A stretch of DNA of 64,000 bases. Origin: a virus. This document shows, piece after piece, positions 10,154 through 19,758 of this stretch. Numbering within the stretch: the stretch's first letter is position 1; each line of letters starts with the position of its first letter. Where the stretch lies: IMG/VR virus record IMGVR_UViG_3300042475_005534, positions 1 to 64,000 of that record. One strand, written 5' to 3'. The notes under the pieces were generated by a model. That model ran no database searches and had not been told where the DNA came from. It worked only from the letters and a program-made list of their open reading frames with translations. Made by a program: the position numbers and the translations under genes.

Positions 10154-11583
10154 TGCGGGTGGATCGATCCCCTCGGGTCGATAACTTCGCCCGAATGGAC
10201 AGCGTGACCAGGCCGGCTCGGGCAACAAAAGCCGGAAGTTACCGCAGTAGCGCCCGTGGCGGGGGGCAGGGGCAAACAGGGGGGACGGTCTATCCGACCA
10301 TCCTTGAGGCGTACAACCGGGACAGTGATTACAAGAGGTGGCGCGCTGGCTGGGACTACTGGCAGGGCTCCGGCAAAAGCTGGGCCGACCTTGAGAGATA
10401 CTTCCTGGTCAGGAGCCTCAGGGATTATGGAGCGCTCCCGGGTCCGCAGCTGACGACTGTCACCTACTTCCCTAGCGGATCCTCCCCGGATGCATCCTGG
10501 ACGGTCGTCAATCGAAACCGAGGAGCCCTCATCCTCCCGCAACTGCTCAGGGCGGAGAACATGGTTCTCGACACGTCCCGCCCAGAAGCCGATCGCCACC
10601 GACTGATTCTTGATGTCAGCTCGACCCTGACCAGCACGCAAATCATGGAATGGTCTGCGTTTATCGGAGATCAATTTGAGGATTCGGCTGTTGGGACGGA
10701 GTCGCCCCAGGGATTGATTGCAGAGCCGATCGATACCATTGCTTACACGCTGGTAGATATCAATCCCGACCAGGGGCAACTGTTCTTTGATTTATCCCGC
10801 CCGTTCATGCGCAGGCGGCCCAACCCCAGGAAGGACAGAGCATTTTGGCAGCGCGTGAACTACGACCGCAGACTGCCACTCTCCTGGAGAAATAACGGAT
10901 CCCGCTATCTCTGCAGCAGTCATCGTTTCTTCTGCTCCTGCCCTGACTACAGCGGAAGTCGAATTGCTGACTTCAGTGGAGACAGCAGCGCCAGCCAGGC
11001 ATTGTTCCCCAGGCCCAGCGCTGGCCGATCTCTCGAGGGCCGATGGGAGTCGCAGGCTGTTGGCTACAGCAGCCGGTTTCGGACGCTCTCTGATCGCTCG
11101 GACCAACGAAGGGAGTGCAAGCATATTCATGCTGTGCGCTGGTCTGTTGGCTATCCGTTCTACGAGCCCAGCGACTATCAGATCAGCGGCAATGAAGACC
11201 GTGGTTTCCAGGGGATCTCTAGCGGGGAGGGACTAGAGAGCAGTGAGGTCCTCCGCTACCACAGACGGAGAGAGCAGACCCTGGACCGACTGGGGAATGC
11301 CCTGGCTGAATCCAGTCGCATCTCGATCGATGCGCGCAACACAATCCCCGCCGACGAAGAAGTCCCGACGGGTGACAGGTCTCCAGTCCTTTGGTCAACC
11401 GATACGGAGCCAGCGGCACTGAGATGCCGGAAGGACGATTGGTGGCTCCCAAGAGGGACCAATACCTTGAAGGTCTTCGATCCATCGACCGAGCGCTTTG
11501 TTGAACTGGTCACGGTCGGCTCCTCTAGGAAGCCGTTCCTCGAAGAGATCCCTGCCAAAGGATTGATCCCGCGGGAGCCCTGA
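10153..11583 (+). CDS. SWIM zinc-finger-like protein
   Basis: FFCSCPD...RECKHIHAV (CxC...CxH) with a long insert. Confidence 0.6.
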   Translation: MRVDRSPRVDNFARMDSVTRPARATKAGSYRSSARGGGQGQTGGTVYPTILEAYNRDSDYKRWRAGWDYWQGSGKSWADLERYFLVRSLRDYGALPGPQLTTVTYFPSGSSPDASWTVVNRNRGALILPQLLRAENMVLDTSRPEADRHRLILDVSSTLTSTQIMEWSAFIGDQFEDSAVGTESPQGLIAEPIDTIAYTLVDINPDQGQLFFDLSRPFMRRRPNPRKDRAFWQRVNYDRRLPLSWRNNGSRYLCSSHRFFCSCPDYSGSRIADFSGDSSASQALFPRPSAGRSLEGRWESQAVGYSSRFRTLSDRSDQRRECKHIHAVRWSVGYPFYEPSDYQISGNEDRGFQGISSGEGLESSEVLRYHRRREQTLDRLGNALAESSRISIDARNTIPADEEVPTGDRSPVLWSTDTEPAALRCRKDDWWLPRGTNTLKVFDPSTERFVELVTVGSSRKPFLEEIPAKGLIPREP

Positions 11584-11793
11584 TCAAGGCCGCCTTCCTT
11601 CTTCAATGCCATCGCCGACGACGGGTCGCGGCACAAAAGCATTGATCAGGCTTCCCGCCTCGATATCCTCGTAGGTGGTCCAGCGGATCTGGCATGCCCT
11701 GCAGCCCCTGCGACGACGGACAACTCCGTCCTCCCTATGAACCGTGTTGAGGACACAGGTGTGTTCCATCACCTGACACTGGGGGCAACGCAT
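11584..11793 (-). CDS. NrdR-like zinc ribbon protein without ATP cone
   Basis: MRCPQC...VRRRRGCRACQIRWTTYE matches the NrdR N-terminal pattern. Confidence 0.75.
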   Translation of the reverse strand: MRCPQCQVMEHTCVLNTVHREDGVVRRRRGCRACQIRWTTYEDIEAGSLINAFVPRPVVGDGIEEGRRP

Positions 11794-12117
11794 GAACAGT
11801 GATTGACTTGTATGGCATAGTGCCAGATATGGCATATCCTGACAGAAGCAAGGAACATTCCGTGTCGACTTACGTGCAACTTGAGCTCCCCTTGGGGCCC
11901 CTCTCATCGGGAGAAGCTCCCCCGTGCGGGGGGTACTGCAAAGAGGTGCCGCCTGTGTCGTGGCTTCAGACAGAAGCCCTACTGGCTGCGCGGACTTTCC
12001 TGGGAAGCCTGATCGACCCCAGGCGCACCCCGAGAGTGCCCAGGGCTGTCAGGGCGGAAGCAAGGGCGCTGCTGGCCAGGTACCCCTCAAGGGGGGACAT
12101 GGAGGCAATGATTGAAA

Positions 12118-12339
12118 GGGTAAGTCCACGGGTAAGTCCAAAAACCACTCTCTCAAACCCACTGCTAGCAAAGGCTTTCAAGGAATGAATCCCCCCTCTA
12201 TCAGCGGGAGGGGCGGAGACGGGCAAACCCACTGCTATTGCTAGAAAACCACTCTGCCAGCTAGGTTTCGAGCTCTTGGAACTGGAGGCAAGTGGAGGCA
12301 ACTGGAGGCAAAAGGGGTCAAAAAAGGGTAAACTTACCC
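12118..12339. repeat. Short repeat cluster at the integrase 5' end (attP arm-site candidate)
   Basis: GGGTAAGTCCA x2 (12118, 12130), AAAACCACTCT x2 (12141, 12245), CAAACCCACTGCTA x2 (12154, 12224), A(C/G)TGGAGGCA x3 (12281-12310), inverted repeat GGGTAA-AC-TTACCC. Confidence 0.65.
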
Positions 12340-13449
12340 TCGACCCCCCAGCAAAAGGTGGTCGATTTAACAGTGGCCCTCCTGTCGGAAAAGTGCGGTG
12401 GCACCTTTGGCAGGGGATTCCGTCTTAAGGCCATTGGACAGCGCTTGTACGTCCAGGTCAGTGGCCGAAAAATCCCACTGCACCTGGATTTTGAGGCGGG
12501 CCCGGAGGCTGTCCAAAAGCGTGCATGGGACCTCAAGAGCTACCTAAGTAAGCAGGCGGACGGCTTTGACTCGGATGCCTGGAGGGGTGCCTGCGCGGTC
12601 GAAAGGGTAAAAAAGGGTAAGACGAGCCAGTCGAGGCTGGACCTTGATGACGTTGTTGCGCGTTGGAAGAGGCTTAAGCTCGCAGAAGGGATTGCCGAAT
12701 CGACCTTCCAAAGGAATCACCTGCCGATCCTCCAGAGGCTTGATTCGCGTCGACCCCTCAGCGAGGAGTCGCTGCTGAGCGCAATCGAGGGGGCCAAGGT
12801 GGGAACGCTCGCCAGGAGGCGGCTGATCCCCTTCTTGCGCAAAGTGGTCAGGGTGTGCGGAGGGACGTGGAATGCTGACCTCCTGGACCCGCTTCAATCG
12901 GCGGTCAGGGAACCCCAACGGGGGCAACCCTTCTTCCCCGACGAAGAGGTGCTGCGAATTGTGATGCATCCATCTCTGACCATGCCATGGCGACGTGTTG
13001 TTGCTGTCATGGCTGTCTATGGATTGAGGCCCTGGGAAGCCTGGATTGCCGAGCCGTGCAACAAGCGCCCCGGGTGCGCATGGATCAAAGAAGGCAAGAC
13101 AAATAACAGGGGGACAACCAAGCCGCGTCAGGTGCCTCCTTTCCATCCTGAGTGGGTGGAGGATTTTGGGCTGGAACAACTATGGACGCAGCCCCTGCCG
13201 AGCCGAGCAGGAAAAGCAAGATCGGGCTGGAGCGTCAATCAGCGACTGCGCCAGACGGGAATCCTGCAACGCGGAAGTTCCACTGCCTATGGATTTCGGC
13301 ATGCATATGCCAGACGGCTTCATTCCCCCAGGTACCGGGTGACCGATACTCATGCGGCCTTGTTCATGGGCCACACAGTTGCAGTCCACAACCAGGTGTA
13401 CAGAGAGTGGCTCGGAGGGGAGGATCCAATCGGAGTGTACTTTGACTGA
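12292..13449 (+). CDS. int: Tyrosine recombinase / integrase
   Basis: YGLRPWE, KT, YGFRHAYARR and MGHTVAVHNQVY give the R-K-HxxR-H-Y catalytic set. Start uncertain. Confidence 0.9.
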   Translation: MEATGGKRGQKRVNLPSTPQQKVVDLTVALLSEKCGGTFGRGFRLKAIGQRLYVQVSGRKIPLHLDFEAGPEAVQKRAWDLKSYLSKQADGFDSDAWRGACAVERVKKGKTSQSRLDLDDVVARWKRLKLAEGIAESTFQRNHLPILQRLDSRRPLSEESLLSAIEGAKVGTLARRRLIPFLRKVVRVCGGTWNADLLDPLQSAVREPQRGQPFFPDEEVLRIVMHPSLTMPWRRVVAVMAVYGLRPWEAWIAEPCNKRPGCAWIKEGKTNNRGTTKPRQVPPFHPEWVEDFGLEQLWTQPLPSRAGKARSGWSVNQRLRQTGILQRGSSTAYGFRHAYARRLHSPRYRVTDTHAALFMGHTVAVHNQVYREWLGGEDPIGVYFD

Positions 13450-13488
13450 CCTGGCTAGCATGTCATCAGCCAGAGCTGTTGATTCGAG

Positions 13489-13746
13489 ATGCCTACACGT
13501 CGCGTCTATGGTCAGACCTATGACGAGATTGCGGTCGTCTCGGCTGATCCACTACTGGTCGAGGGCAGCGATGGGGGCATGCGCGTCCCTCCCCACGACT
13601 ACAGGGGTTTCACGTACAACGGCGCAGGGGATCCAACGGCAATTGTCTACAAGGTAGGCGGCAGCTCAGGAACGACAGTTGCGACCAAGGCCTTCACTTA
13701 CGACGCCGGTGGAAACGTCACCAGCATCACGCTGACCCTGGCCTGA
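13489..13746 (+). CDS. Small virion-associated protein
   Basis: TYNGAGDPTAIVYKVGGSSGTTVATKAFTYD; 1 bp upstream of the tail fibre gene. Confidence 0.6.
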   Translation: MPTRRVYGQTYDEIAVVSADPLLVEGSDGGMRVPPHDYRGFTYNGAGDPTAIVYKVGGSSGTTVATKAFTYDAGGNVTSITLTLA

Positions 13747-13747
13747 G

Positions 13748-15109
13748 ATGGGCAAATACAAGCTCAATCCCACAACCAGTGAGCTGGACATGGTGGGCGG
13801 GGAGGCGGCACAAGGAACCCCCGGCGGCTCCAATACCCAGATCCAATTCAACGATGGTGGCACTTTCGGCGGTGATGTAGATCTCACCTACAACAAGACC
13901 ACCAACCTGCTGACCAGCAAGGGTGACATCCTTCTGGATGATGGTGGGTCTTTTACTACCACGCTTCAGACGGTTACAGCAACAGCGAATCGCACGATTT
14001 CATTCCCTGATGCAACCGGCACGGTGGCCCTGGTTGGTGGCAGCAGCGGCCAGGTCTTGGTTAATACCAATGGTGCTGTTGCGGGGCTAAGCACCCTCAC
14101 CTCTGACGCCTCGGGCAATCTCACGCTAACGGCCCGGCTGATCAATGCTTTCAACAGCCTGGCCAGCGCACCGGCCAAGTTGTTTAGCGGCACCTGGTTC
14201 ACGGGTGGGACATCAACCACCACGAAACCGCATGTGCTGATTGAGCCGGCGGGGACGACTTCGAATAATTTCAGCCCGCTTGGAACTGGGTTTGCGGTTA
14301 ATGCTCCTGCTGGGTTTGGGGGGGATCTGGCGTGGTTTGGGGTGGGGGGGCAATCAAGAATTACTTTGAGCTCAGCAGGCACAGTTGGTTGCGTAAACTT
14401 ACTTGCAACTACTGGTGCATTTGTCAATCTCCAAAACAACGGTGGGGGTTATCAAATAAATTCTAGCGGCAGGATTAACCTTAACGTCATTGGCTCTTTG
14501 TGCTGGGCCCCAGATGTATTTAATGGCAATCCAGATCTAATAGTTTTACGCGGCGCCGCCAACACCCTCGCCCAACGCAACGGCACCAACGCACAAACAA
14601 GTTGGATATTCAACACCTACACCAGTGATACAAACTTTGAGCGAGCAAGGCTGGGGTGGGCCAGCAATGTATTCCTCTTCGGCACAGAGAAAGGCACGGC
14701 AGGCGGCACAGCCCGCGCCATAGAGTTTCAGACCAATGGCATCACCCGCGTGCAGATCAGCCGGGATGGCTTCTACCGCTATAGCCAGCCCGCTCCGGCT
14801 GCTATTAATTCCACGGCGACTTTGACGGTTGCCAATCTGCAGGCGGGGATCATCACGACGACCACTGCCGCAGCGGTGGACCTGACGCTGCCCACAGGAA
14901 CCAACGTGGAGGGTGGTTTTGCGGTGAACAGCAACGACCTCACGATGGAGTGGAGCGTGATCAACACCGGCAGCAATAGCGCCACGGTGCTGGCTGCCAC
15001 GGATCACACGCTGGTGGGTTCTGGGGTGGTGGCTGCTGGCAGTTCCGGGCGCTTTGCCACCCGGCGAGCGGCGGCGAATACCTACGTCACCTATCGCCTA
15101 GGCAGCTAA
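13748..15109 (+). CDS. Tail fibre protein
   Basis: PGGSNTQIQFNDGGTFGG and TANRTISFPDATGTVAL fibre motifs; Gly/Thr-rich. Confidence 0.8.
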   Translation: MGKYKLNPTTSELDMVGGEAAQGTPGGSNTQIQFNDGGTFGGDVDLTYNKTTNLLTSKGDILLDDGGSFTTTLQTVTATANRTISFPDATGTVALVGGSSGQVLVNTNGAVAGLSTLTSDASGNLTLTARLINAFNSLASAPAKLFSGTWFTGGTSTTTKPHVLIEPAGTTSNNFSPLGTGFAVNAPAGFGGDLAWFGVGGQSRITLSSAGTVGCVNLLATTGAFVNLQNNGGGYQINSSGRINLNVIGSLCWAPDVFNGNPDLIVLRGAANTLAQRNGTNAQTSWIFNTYTSDTNFERARLGWASNVFLFGTEKGTAGGTARAIEFQTNGITRVQISRDGFYRYSQPAPAAINSTATLTVANLQAGIITTTTAAAVDLTLPTGTNVEGGFAVNSNDLTMEWSVINTGSNSATVLAATDHTLVGSGVVAAGSSGRFATRRAAANTYVTYRLGS

Positions 15110-15111
15110 TC

Positions 15112-15510
15112 ATGAACTCCTTAACCATCACCATTTCTGACCTCCGCGCCATCGACGGCTGGGTCGAGGCCAGCAACAGGGCAGGCGTAACACCTGAGGC
15201 CATGGCCCTGGAGATGCTCCAGCATCAGGGGTTGCGGTATGCGGATCTGTTCAAGATTGGGCTGTTGACCAGTGCCGCATTTGTTCAGCGGTTCACGGCG
15301 GCAGAGTATGGCGCCATCAGGGCAGCGGCGACCCAATCGGCTGAGGTGGCCAGCTTGATTGGGGAGTTGGTGGATTCCCCCATGGTGGTGCTGACGGACC
15401 CGCGCATTGATCCAGGGTTGGCAATGCTCACAGCTGCTGGGCTGCTGGCCCAGGGCAGGGCAGCGGAAATCATGGCGTGGGAGCACCCCAGCCCGCAGGA
15501 GGAAGTATGA
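15112..15510 (+). CDS. Hypothetical protein, possible fibre chaperone
   Basis: Follows the fibre gene; AFVQRFTAAEY..I...GLLAQGRAAEI. Confidence 0.55.
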   Translation: MNSLTITISDLRAIDGWVEASNRAGVTPEAMALEMLQHQGLRYADLFKIGLLTSAAFVQRFTAAEYGAIRAAATQSAEVASLIGELVDSPMVVLTDPRIDPGLAMLTAAGLLAQGRAAEIMAWEHPSPQEEV

Positions 15511-16202
15511 CCCTGATCCTGAAGAAGGGGTTGAGGTTGCGTAGGGGCGGGCCATCCAGTTTGCTGATTACACCAAGACAGCCCGCACCTGCCGTCATTG
15601 GTGAGCCCTTTGGGGGTGGCTTTTTCGCTGGTTATATCAGCCATACCGCAGACGGAAATCCAACCCATGCTTTGATCGTGGCTCCAAGGGTGACAGGCGC
15701 CACTGGTACGGGGTACACGCTGACGGACAATATCGCTTGGAAGACCGCAAACAGTACTTCCTTGGGCGCTACCAGCACATTTGATGGCGCTGCCAACGCA
15801 GCCGCAATAGCAACCGCTGGAATCGCCGCTCATCCAGGGGCTCAATTCTGCGCCAATCTCAGCATTGGTGGTTTCACAGACTGGTATCTACCAGCAATAC
15901 TGGAGTTAGACATCGCTTATTTTAACCTAAAGCCCACTACTGCAAGCAACCTTACACAGTGGGGGATCAATGATTACTCTGTACCTAAACGAGCAGCAAA
16001 TTTTATCCAAACTCGACCTGAGCAAACGCCTGTGGCCATGTTTAATACATCAACACAATCGTTTTTGATTGGCAACCATTGGTCATCTACTCAAGCCAAT
16101 GAGACTGAGGCTTGGCTTCTTCGCTTTGAAAATGGCAATCGGTTTACCAGCAGTAAAACAGGTGCTTTTCTTGTCCGCGCCTTCCGCCGGATAGCACTAT
16201 GA
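15507..16202 (+). CDS. DUF1566 / Lcl-type C-type-lectin-fold protein
   Basis: IGEPFGGGFFAG, GGFTDWYLPAILEL, HWSSTQ, AW...F.NG, VRAFRR. Confidence 0.75.
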   Translation: MTLILKKGLRLRRGGPSSLLITPRQPAPAVIGEPFGGGFFAGYISHTADGNPTHALIVAPRVTGATGTGYTLTDNIAWKTANSTSLGATSTFDGAANAAAIATAGIAAHPGAQFCANLSIGGFTDWYLPAILELDIAYFNLKPTTASNLTQWGINDYSVPKRAANFIQTRPEQTPVAMFNTSTQSFLIGNHWSSTQANETEAWLLRFENGNRFTSSKTGAFLVRAFRRIAL

Positions 16203-16273
16203 CCACCTCCCGCCGCGAGCACATCCTGCAGCCCCTGCTGGCCACCCTCAACGGCCTGGCGGGGGTGGGTTAG
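16199..16273 (+). pseudogene. Truncated 5' remnant of a phage tail-completion-like gene
   Basis: ATGA-coupled 24-aa ORF MTTSRREHILQPLLATLNGLAGVG*, ending exactly at the stop of the convergent HTH gene. Confidence 0.4.
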
Positions 16274-16497
16274 ACCCAACCACGGGCATTCATCAGGCGC
16301 ACCACGGCTGGGAGATTGATTTCGATGGTTGCCCTCTGCCTGGCAGTGACCCAGCGCCAGTGGACCCCCTCTATCCAGTGCTCCTGCTCCAGCCGTCTGC
16401 GCAGAGTGCGTTCACTGCAGCCCAGGACAGCAGCGGCGGCCCGGGTCTTGAACCAGTCCCGCCTGGCGATAGGGACGGAAATCTTTACGGAGGACAT
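16270..16497 (-). CDS. Excisionase-like helix-turn-helix protein
   Basis: WFKTRAAAAVLGCSERTLRRR...EGVHWR; 75 aa, basic. Confidence 0.65.
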   Translation of the reverse strand: MSSVKISVPIARRDWFKTRAAAAVLGCSERTLRRRLEQEHWIEGVHWRWVTARQRATIEINLPAVVRLMNARGWV

Positions 16498-16639
16498 GGA
16501 GCCAGCACCCGCGCTCCTGCGATGGGTTGTTGGCATAGGGGTCGAGGTGGGACTGGCGGAGCGTAAGACACATCATGCGCAAAAGCAAGATGAGTGAAGT
16601 TGCGCAGGCTTTAGATTGGGTCTAGGGCAGGAGCACTGA

Positions 16640-17011
16640 ATGACTGGTGAGCTGACGATGGAGGAGGAGTTCATCCTGCGTCGCATGAGGGACAGCCTGC
16701 ATCAAGCATCCCAAGCTGAGCTGCTGGATCTGGTGATCACTGCTCAGGCCAAGATCTTCTCCCTGGCCCACCACTTCCGAGAAGCCGCTGCAGAGGCGGG
16801 GATTGCCACGCAAATCGAGATTGTCGACGACTTCGATTGCGGTCTTCCTGATTCAGGGGAGGAGCTAGTACAGGTCTTCGGGGGGAGGCCCACCACAGAA
16901 GAAGTGGAGCGCTACGCAGAAGAGCGCATTCAAGCTTTCCAGGCTTTCCACGGCATGGACATTGACTTCAGTGATATCGCCATGGAAGAAGACGGAGATT
17001 GGGATCTATGA
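16640..17011 (+). CDS. Hypothetical acidic protein
   Basis: AGGAG RBS; coupled to the lysozyme gene. Confidence 0.6.
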   Translation: MTGELTMEEEFILRRMRDSLHQASQAELLDLVITAQAKIFSLAHHFREAAAEAGIATQIEIVDDFDCGLPDSGEELVQVFGGRPTTEEVERYAEERIQAFQAFHGMDIDFSDIAMEEDGDWDL

Positions 17012-18291
17012 CAACAATTCAAGAGCGCGCCCTTCTCAATACCATCAGGCACGCAGAAGGCACCTGGCTGGGCGGGGACCCCAGCGGGTACCAGGTGATG
17101 TTCGGGGGAGGCAAGACACCGTCACTAGAGCGACACCCTGACCGAGTCATCAGAACTAGCGGCTACAGCAGTGCCGCTGCGGGTGCCTACCAGTTCATGC
17201 CGGGTACCTGGGGCCCACTGCAACAGCGCCTAGGGCTCAAGGATTTTGGGCCTCAGTCTCAAGACTTCGCAGCACTTGAGCTGGTCAGGCAGCGTGGCGC
17301 CCGGGACCTGATCAACAAAGAAGGCTTCACTCCGGATGTGGCCGCCAAGCTGGCTCCAGAGTGGGCATCGTTCCCGACGAGGAAAGGCACGAGCTACTAC
17401 GGGCAGCCTGTCAAGCAGTATCCAGAGCTCAAGAAGTTCTACGACTCACAGATTGCAGCTCTCTCTAAAGGCGGGGGCGCCCCGGCCCCGGCCCCAGTGA
17501 CGCCATCCCCTGACCCACCGGAAAACGACAGCTTTACGCGCACCCTGCTGAAATCCATGCTGGGCGGCGGTGATGACGACATGGCCTCGCCTGAGTCGAT
17601 CACATCATTGAGTGCCCCCCGGAATCGACAGGTCTCACCGTTCACGAGTGCCCTACTGGGCGGCGGTGTTGCTGGAGCCTTTGCTCCACTTGTTGGCGCC
17701 ATCGCTGGGCTGAACGGGAGAGGCGGAGCAGAGCGCTCCCAGAGCGCCGGGCAAGAAGCCCCCAGGATGGCCGCAGGAGGATTCTTTCCGTCGCTGGTGC
17801 AGGCCATCCTGTCGGATTCGCCAGAGGCCTCGCCAGCCCCTGCCGCCGCTGCCGCTGCCACGGGAGCGCCTCCAGCGGTGGCACGCGCCAGTGGAGGGGG
17901 CGGGGCGACAGTGAAAATCACAGACGTCGGGAAGATGCTTCAGGGCGCAGGACTCAGGGTGAGAGAGCATCCAGACTTTGGCGGAGTGGGCGGACACTCA
18001 AAGGGTTCCCTGCACTACGACGGCAAAGCCCTCGACATCACAGACTGGCAGGATCCAGGGGAATCCAAAAACTCCTGGCTCCCAAGGAAGGAGTGGTACG
18101 CGCAACAGGTCCAAAACGCCCTGGCTGGTACCGGAGCCGAAGTCTTTGGCCCCCACAATGATCCCAGGGGTCACGGAACACATATCCACCTGGGCCTTCC
18201 GAGCGGGAGCCTTTCATCGGAAGCCGCTGCACGATTGGTGGAATTACGACAGCAATCGATCAAGCGATTCCCGCTCCGTTGGAAGGGCTAA
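17008..18291 (+). CDS. Lambda-R-like lysozyme with C-terminal M15-like peptidase domain
   Basis: N-terminal ALLNTIRHAEGT, SAAAGAYQF, LAPEWASFP; C-terminal SLHYDGKALDI and HGTHIHLG. Confidence 0.85.
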   Translation: MTTIQERALLNTIRHAEGTWLGGDPSGYQVMFGGGKTPSLERHPDRVIRTSGYSSAAAGAYQFMPGTWGPLQQRLGLKDFGPQSQDFAALELVRQRGARDLINKEGFTPDVAAKLAPEWASFPTRKGTSYYGQPVKQYPELKKFYDSQIAALSKGGGAPAPAPVTPSPDPPENDSFTRTLLKSMLGGGDDDMASPESITSLSAPRNRQVSPFTSALLGGGVAGAFAPLVGAIAGLNGRGGAERSQSAGQEAPRMAAGGFFPSLVQAILSDSPEASPAPAAAAAATGAPPAVARASGGGGATVKITDVGKMLQGAGLRVREHPDFGGVGGHSKGSLHYDGKALDITDWQDPGESKNSWLPRKEWYAQQVQNALAGTGAEVFGPHNDPRGHGTHIHLGLPSGSLSSEAAARLVELRQQSIKRFPLRWKG

Positions 18292-18621
18292 TCACCGATC
18301 GTCCCCGCTGCCGCTGAGCACGCCCCTGTGTTGCCGGTTGGCCAGTTTGTCTAGGTTGTTGGCGGCGACATCCCCGAGGTCGATGTCCAGCTCATTGGCC
18401 AACTGCGCCACGTACCAAAGCACATCACCCAGCTCCAGAGTGATGGCCGTGATGGCGGCGCTATCAAAGTGGCCCTCCTTGTCACGAATCACCTTTTTGA
18501 CTTTCTCTGCCACCTCCCCTGATTCACCGCAGAGGCCCAGGGTGGGGTAGATGGGGTTGCTGCCGCAGTCGGGATAGATCGCGAACTGGGAGGAGCGAAT
18601 CTGGTACTCGCGGAGATCCAT
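18292..18621 (-). CDS. mazG: MazG-like nucleotide pyrophosphohydrolase
   Basis: LGLCGESGEVAEKVKK...ELGDVLWYVA...NLDKL. Confidence 0.88.
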   Translation of the reverse strand: MDLREYQIRSSQFAIYPDCGSNPIYPTLGLCGESGEVAEKVKKVIRDKEGHFDSAAITAITLELGDVLWYVAQLANELDIDLGDVAANNLDKLANRQHRGVLSGSGDDR

Positions 18622-18682
18622 GGTGAAAGAGAGGTCATGCGTTTCTGCCAGAATAGGTTCGCATTGATTTGGTCCCGGCGCT

Positions 18683-18976
18683 ATGGCATCTACTCCTATC
18701 CCTGGTGTCGGAGCACGCCCAGCTGTTGCTGCTGGCTCTGTTGCTGTCCTTGCTATGGCAGCTAGCTTGGCTTTTGGTGCCGTGTATATCTGGGACTGCC
18801 GGCGCTCTGGCGGAGAGGTCAAGGCCTGTTGGCAGGACGGTCGCCAAGCTGCGGGGCTGAATTCAGAAGGCGGCCTCATCGCAGGAGCCATCGGCATGGC
18901 CAGCTGGGCTCTGGGCTTCAACACATACAACCCACGTCTTCGGAGGGAAGAGGGCGAAAAAGAAAAGCAATTCTGA
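18683..18976 (+). CDS. Small membrane protein (holin candidate)
   Basis: Two hydrophobic segments and a charged C-terminus; near the lysozyme gene. Confidence 0.45.
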   Translation: MASTPIPGVGARPAVAAGSVAVLAMAASLAFGAVYIWDCRRSGGEVKACWQDGRQAAGLNSEGGLIAGAIGMASWALGFNTYNPRLRREEGEKEKQF

Positions 18977-19054
18977 AGTTCGCCTTGATGGGGTGAAACT
19001 GGTACATTTACCGCAGGGCGACAGCCCAGGCATGCACTACGTTCGCCAAGCCCC

Positions 19055-19537
19055 ATGATCTCTACCGGATTGATGTCCATCCTGTGGTTCCTCGGAATCG
19101 CAAGCGGGGCCAGCAGTGGCTGGTATTTCTCTCGCCGGAACAGGAGGTGGGTAGAAAGAACCCTCAGGGAATTTGGCCCGGCCTACGCCAAGCTGGTAGA
19201 GGAAACAGAAGGCATCATCGAGAACGAGCTCGATGGGATCGATGTGCGTATCCAGGAGATCGTCCAGCAACAAGTGTCTCTTGCCATGAGCGAGGTGCTG
19301 GCGGCCATGGCGCAAGCAGAGCAGCAAAAGATCGCTTACGCCCAGGCCCAGGCCCAGGCAGAGGAATTGGCTCGATTGAGAGCAGCCGCGGCATCAAGGC
19401 CCCAGCCAGGATTTGGTTCACCCGCTATTGATATGGGACAGTCCACCGCCCAGGCCATTGCTGAGATGAATGAGCGCATGGCAGGAATACAAGAGAAAAT
19501 GCGCCGAGCGGGAATGCCAGCCCCAGGGGATCGATGA
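19055..19537 (+). CDS. Membrane-anchored coiled-coil protein
   Basis: N-terminal hydrophobic stretch followed by a Q/A/E-rich region. Confidence 0.55.
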   Translation: MISTGLMSILWFLGIASGASSGWYFSRRNRRWVERTLREFGPAYAKLVEETEGIIENELDGIDVRIQEIVQQQVSLAMSEVLAAMAQAEQQKIAYAQAQAQAEELARLRAAAASRPQPGFGSPAIDMGQSTAQAIAEMNERMAGIQEKMRRAGMPAPGDR

Positions 19538-19758
19538 TGAGTGGAACCACCCCTAGACTGGGTTGGTCTCGGGGCCGGTTCACTTGGACAGGAGATATAA
19601 GCAGGCCCAGGGGGCGTCAAAGAATGGAGAAGCGCGCAGAGAAGCCTTGACCAGGTCCATGCTGGCCTCCGCAAGAAGCCAGACCCGCTCAATCAATAGC
19701 GAAAGAGCCGGCTACGAAAGCGGTCCCAAGGGAACCGAGTTTGGCACTGGCGGAAGAG

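Noticed and set aside
18622-19080. Long N-terminal extension of MazG
   Set aside because: Overlaps a plus-strand membrane protein gene; MazG similarity begins at MDLREYQ (18621).
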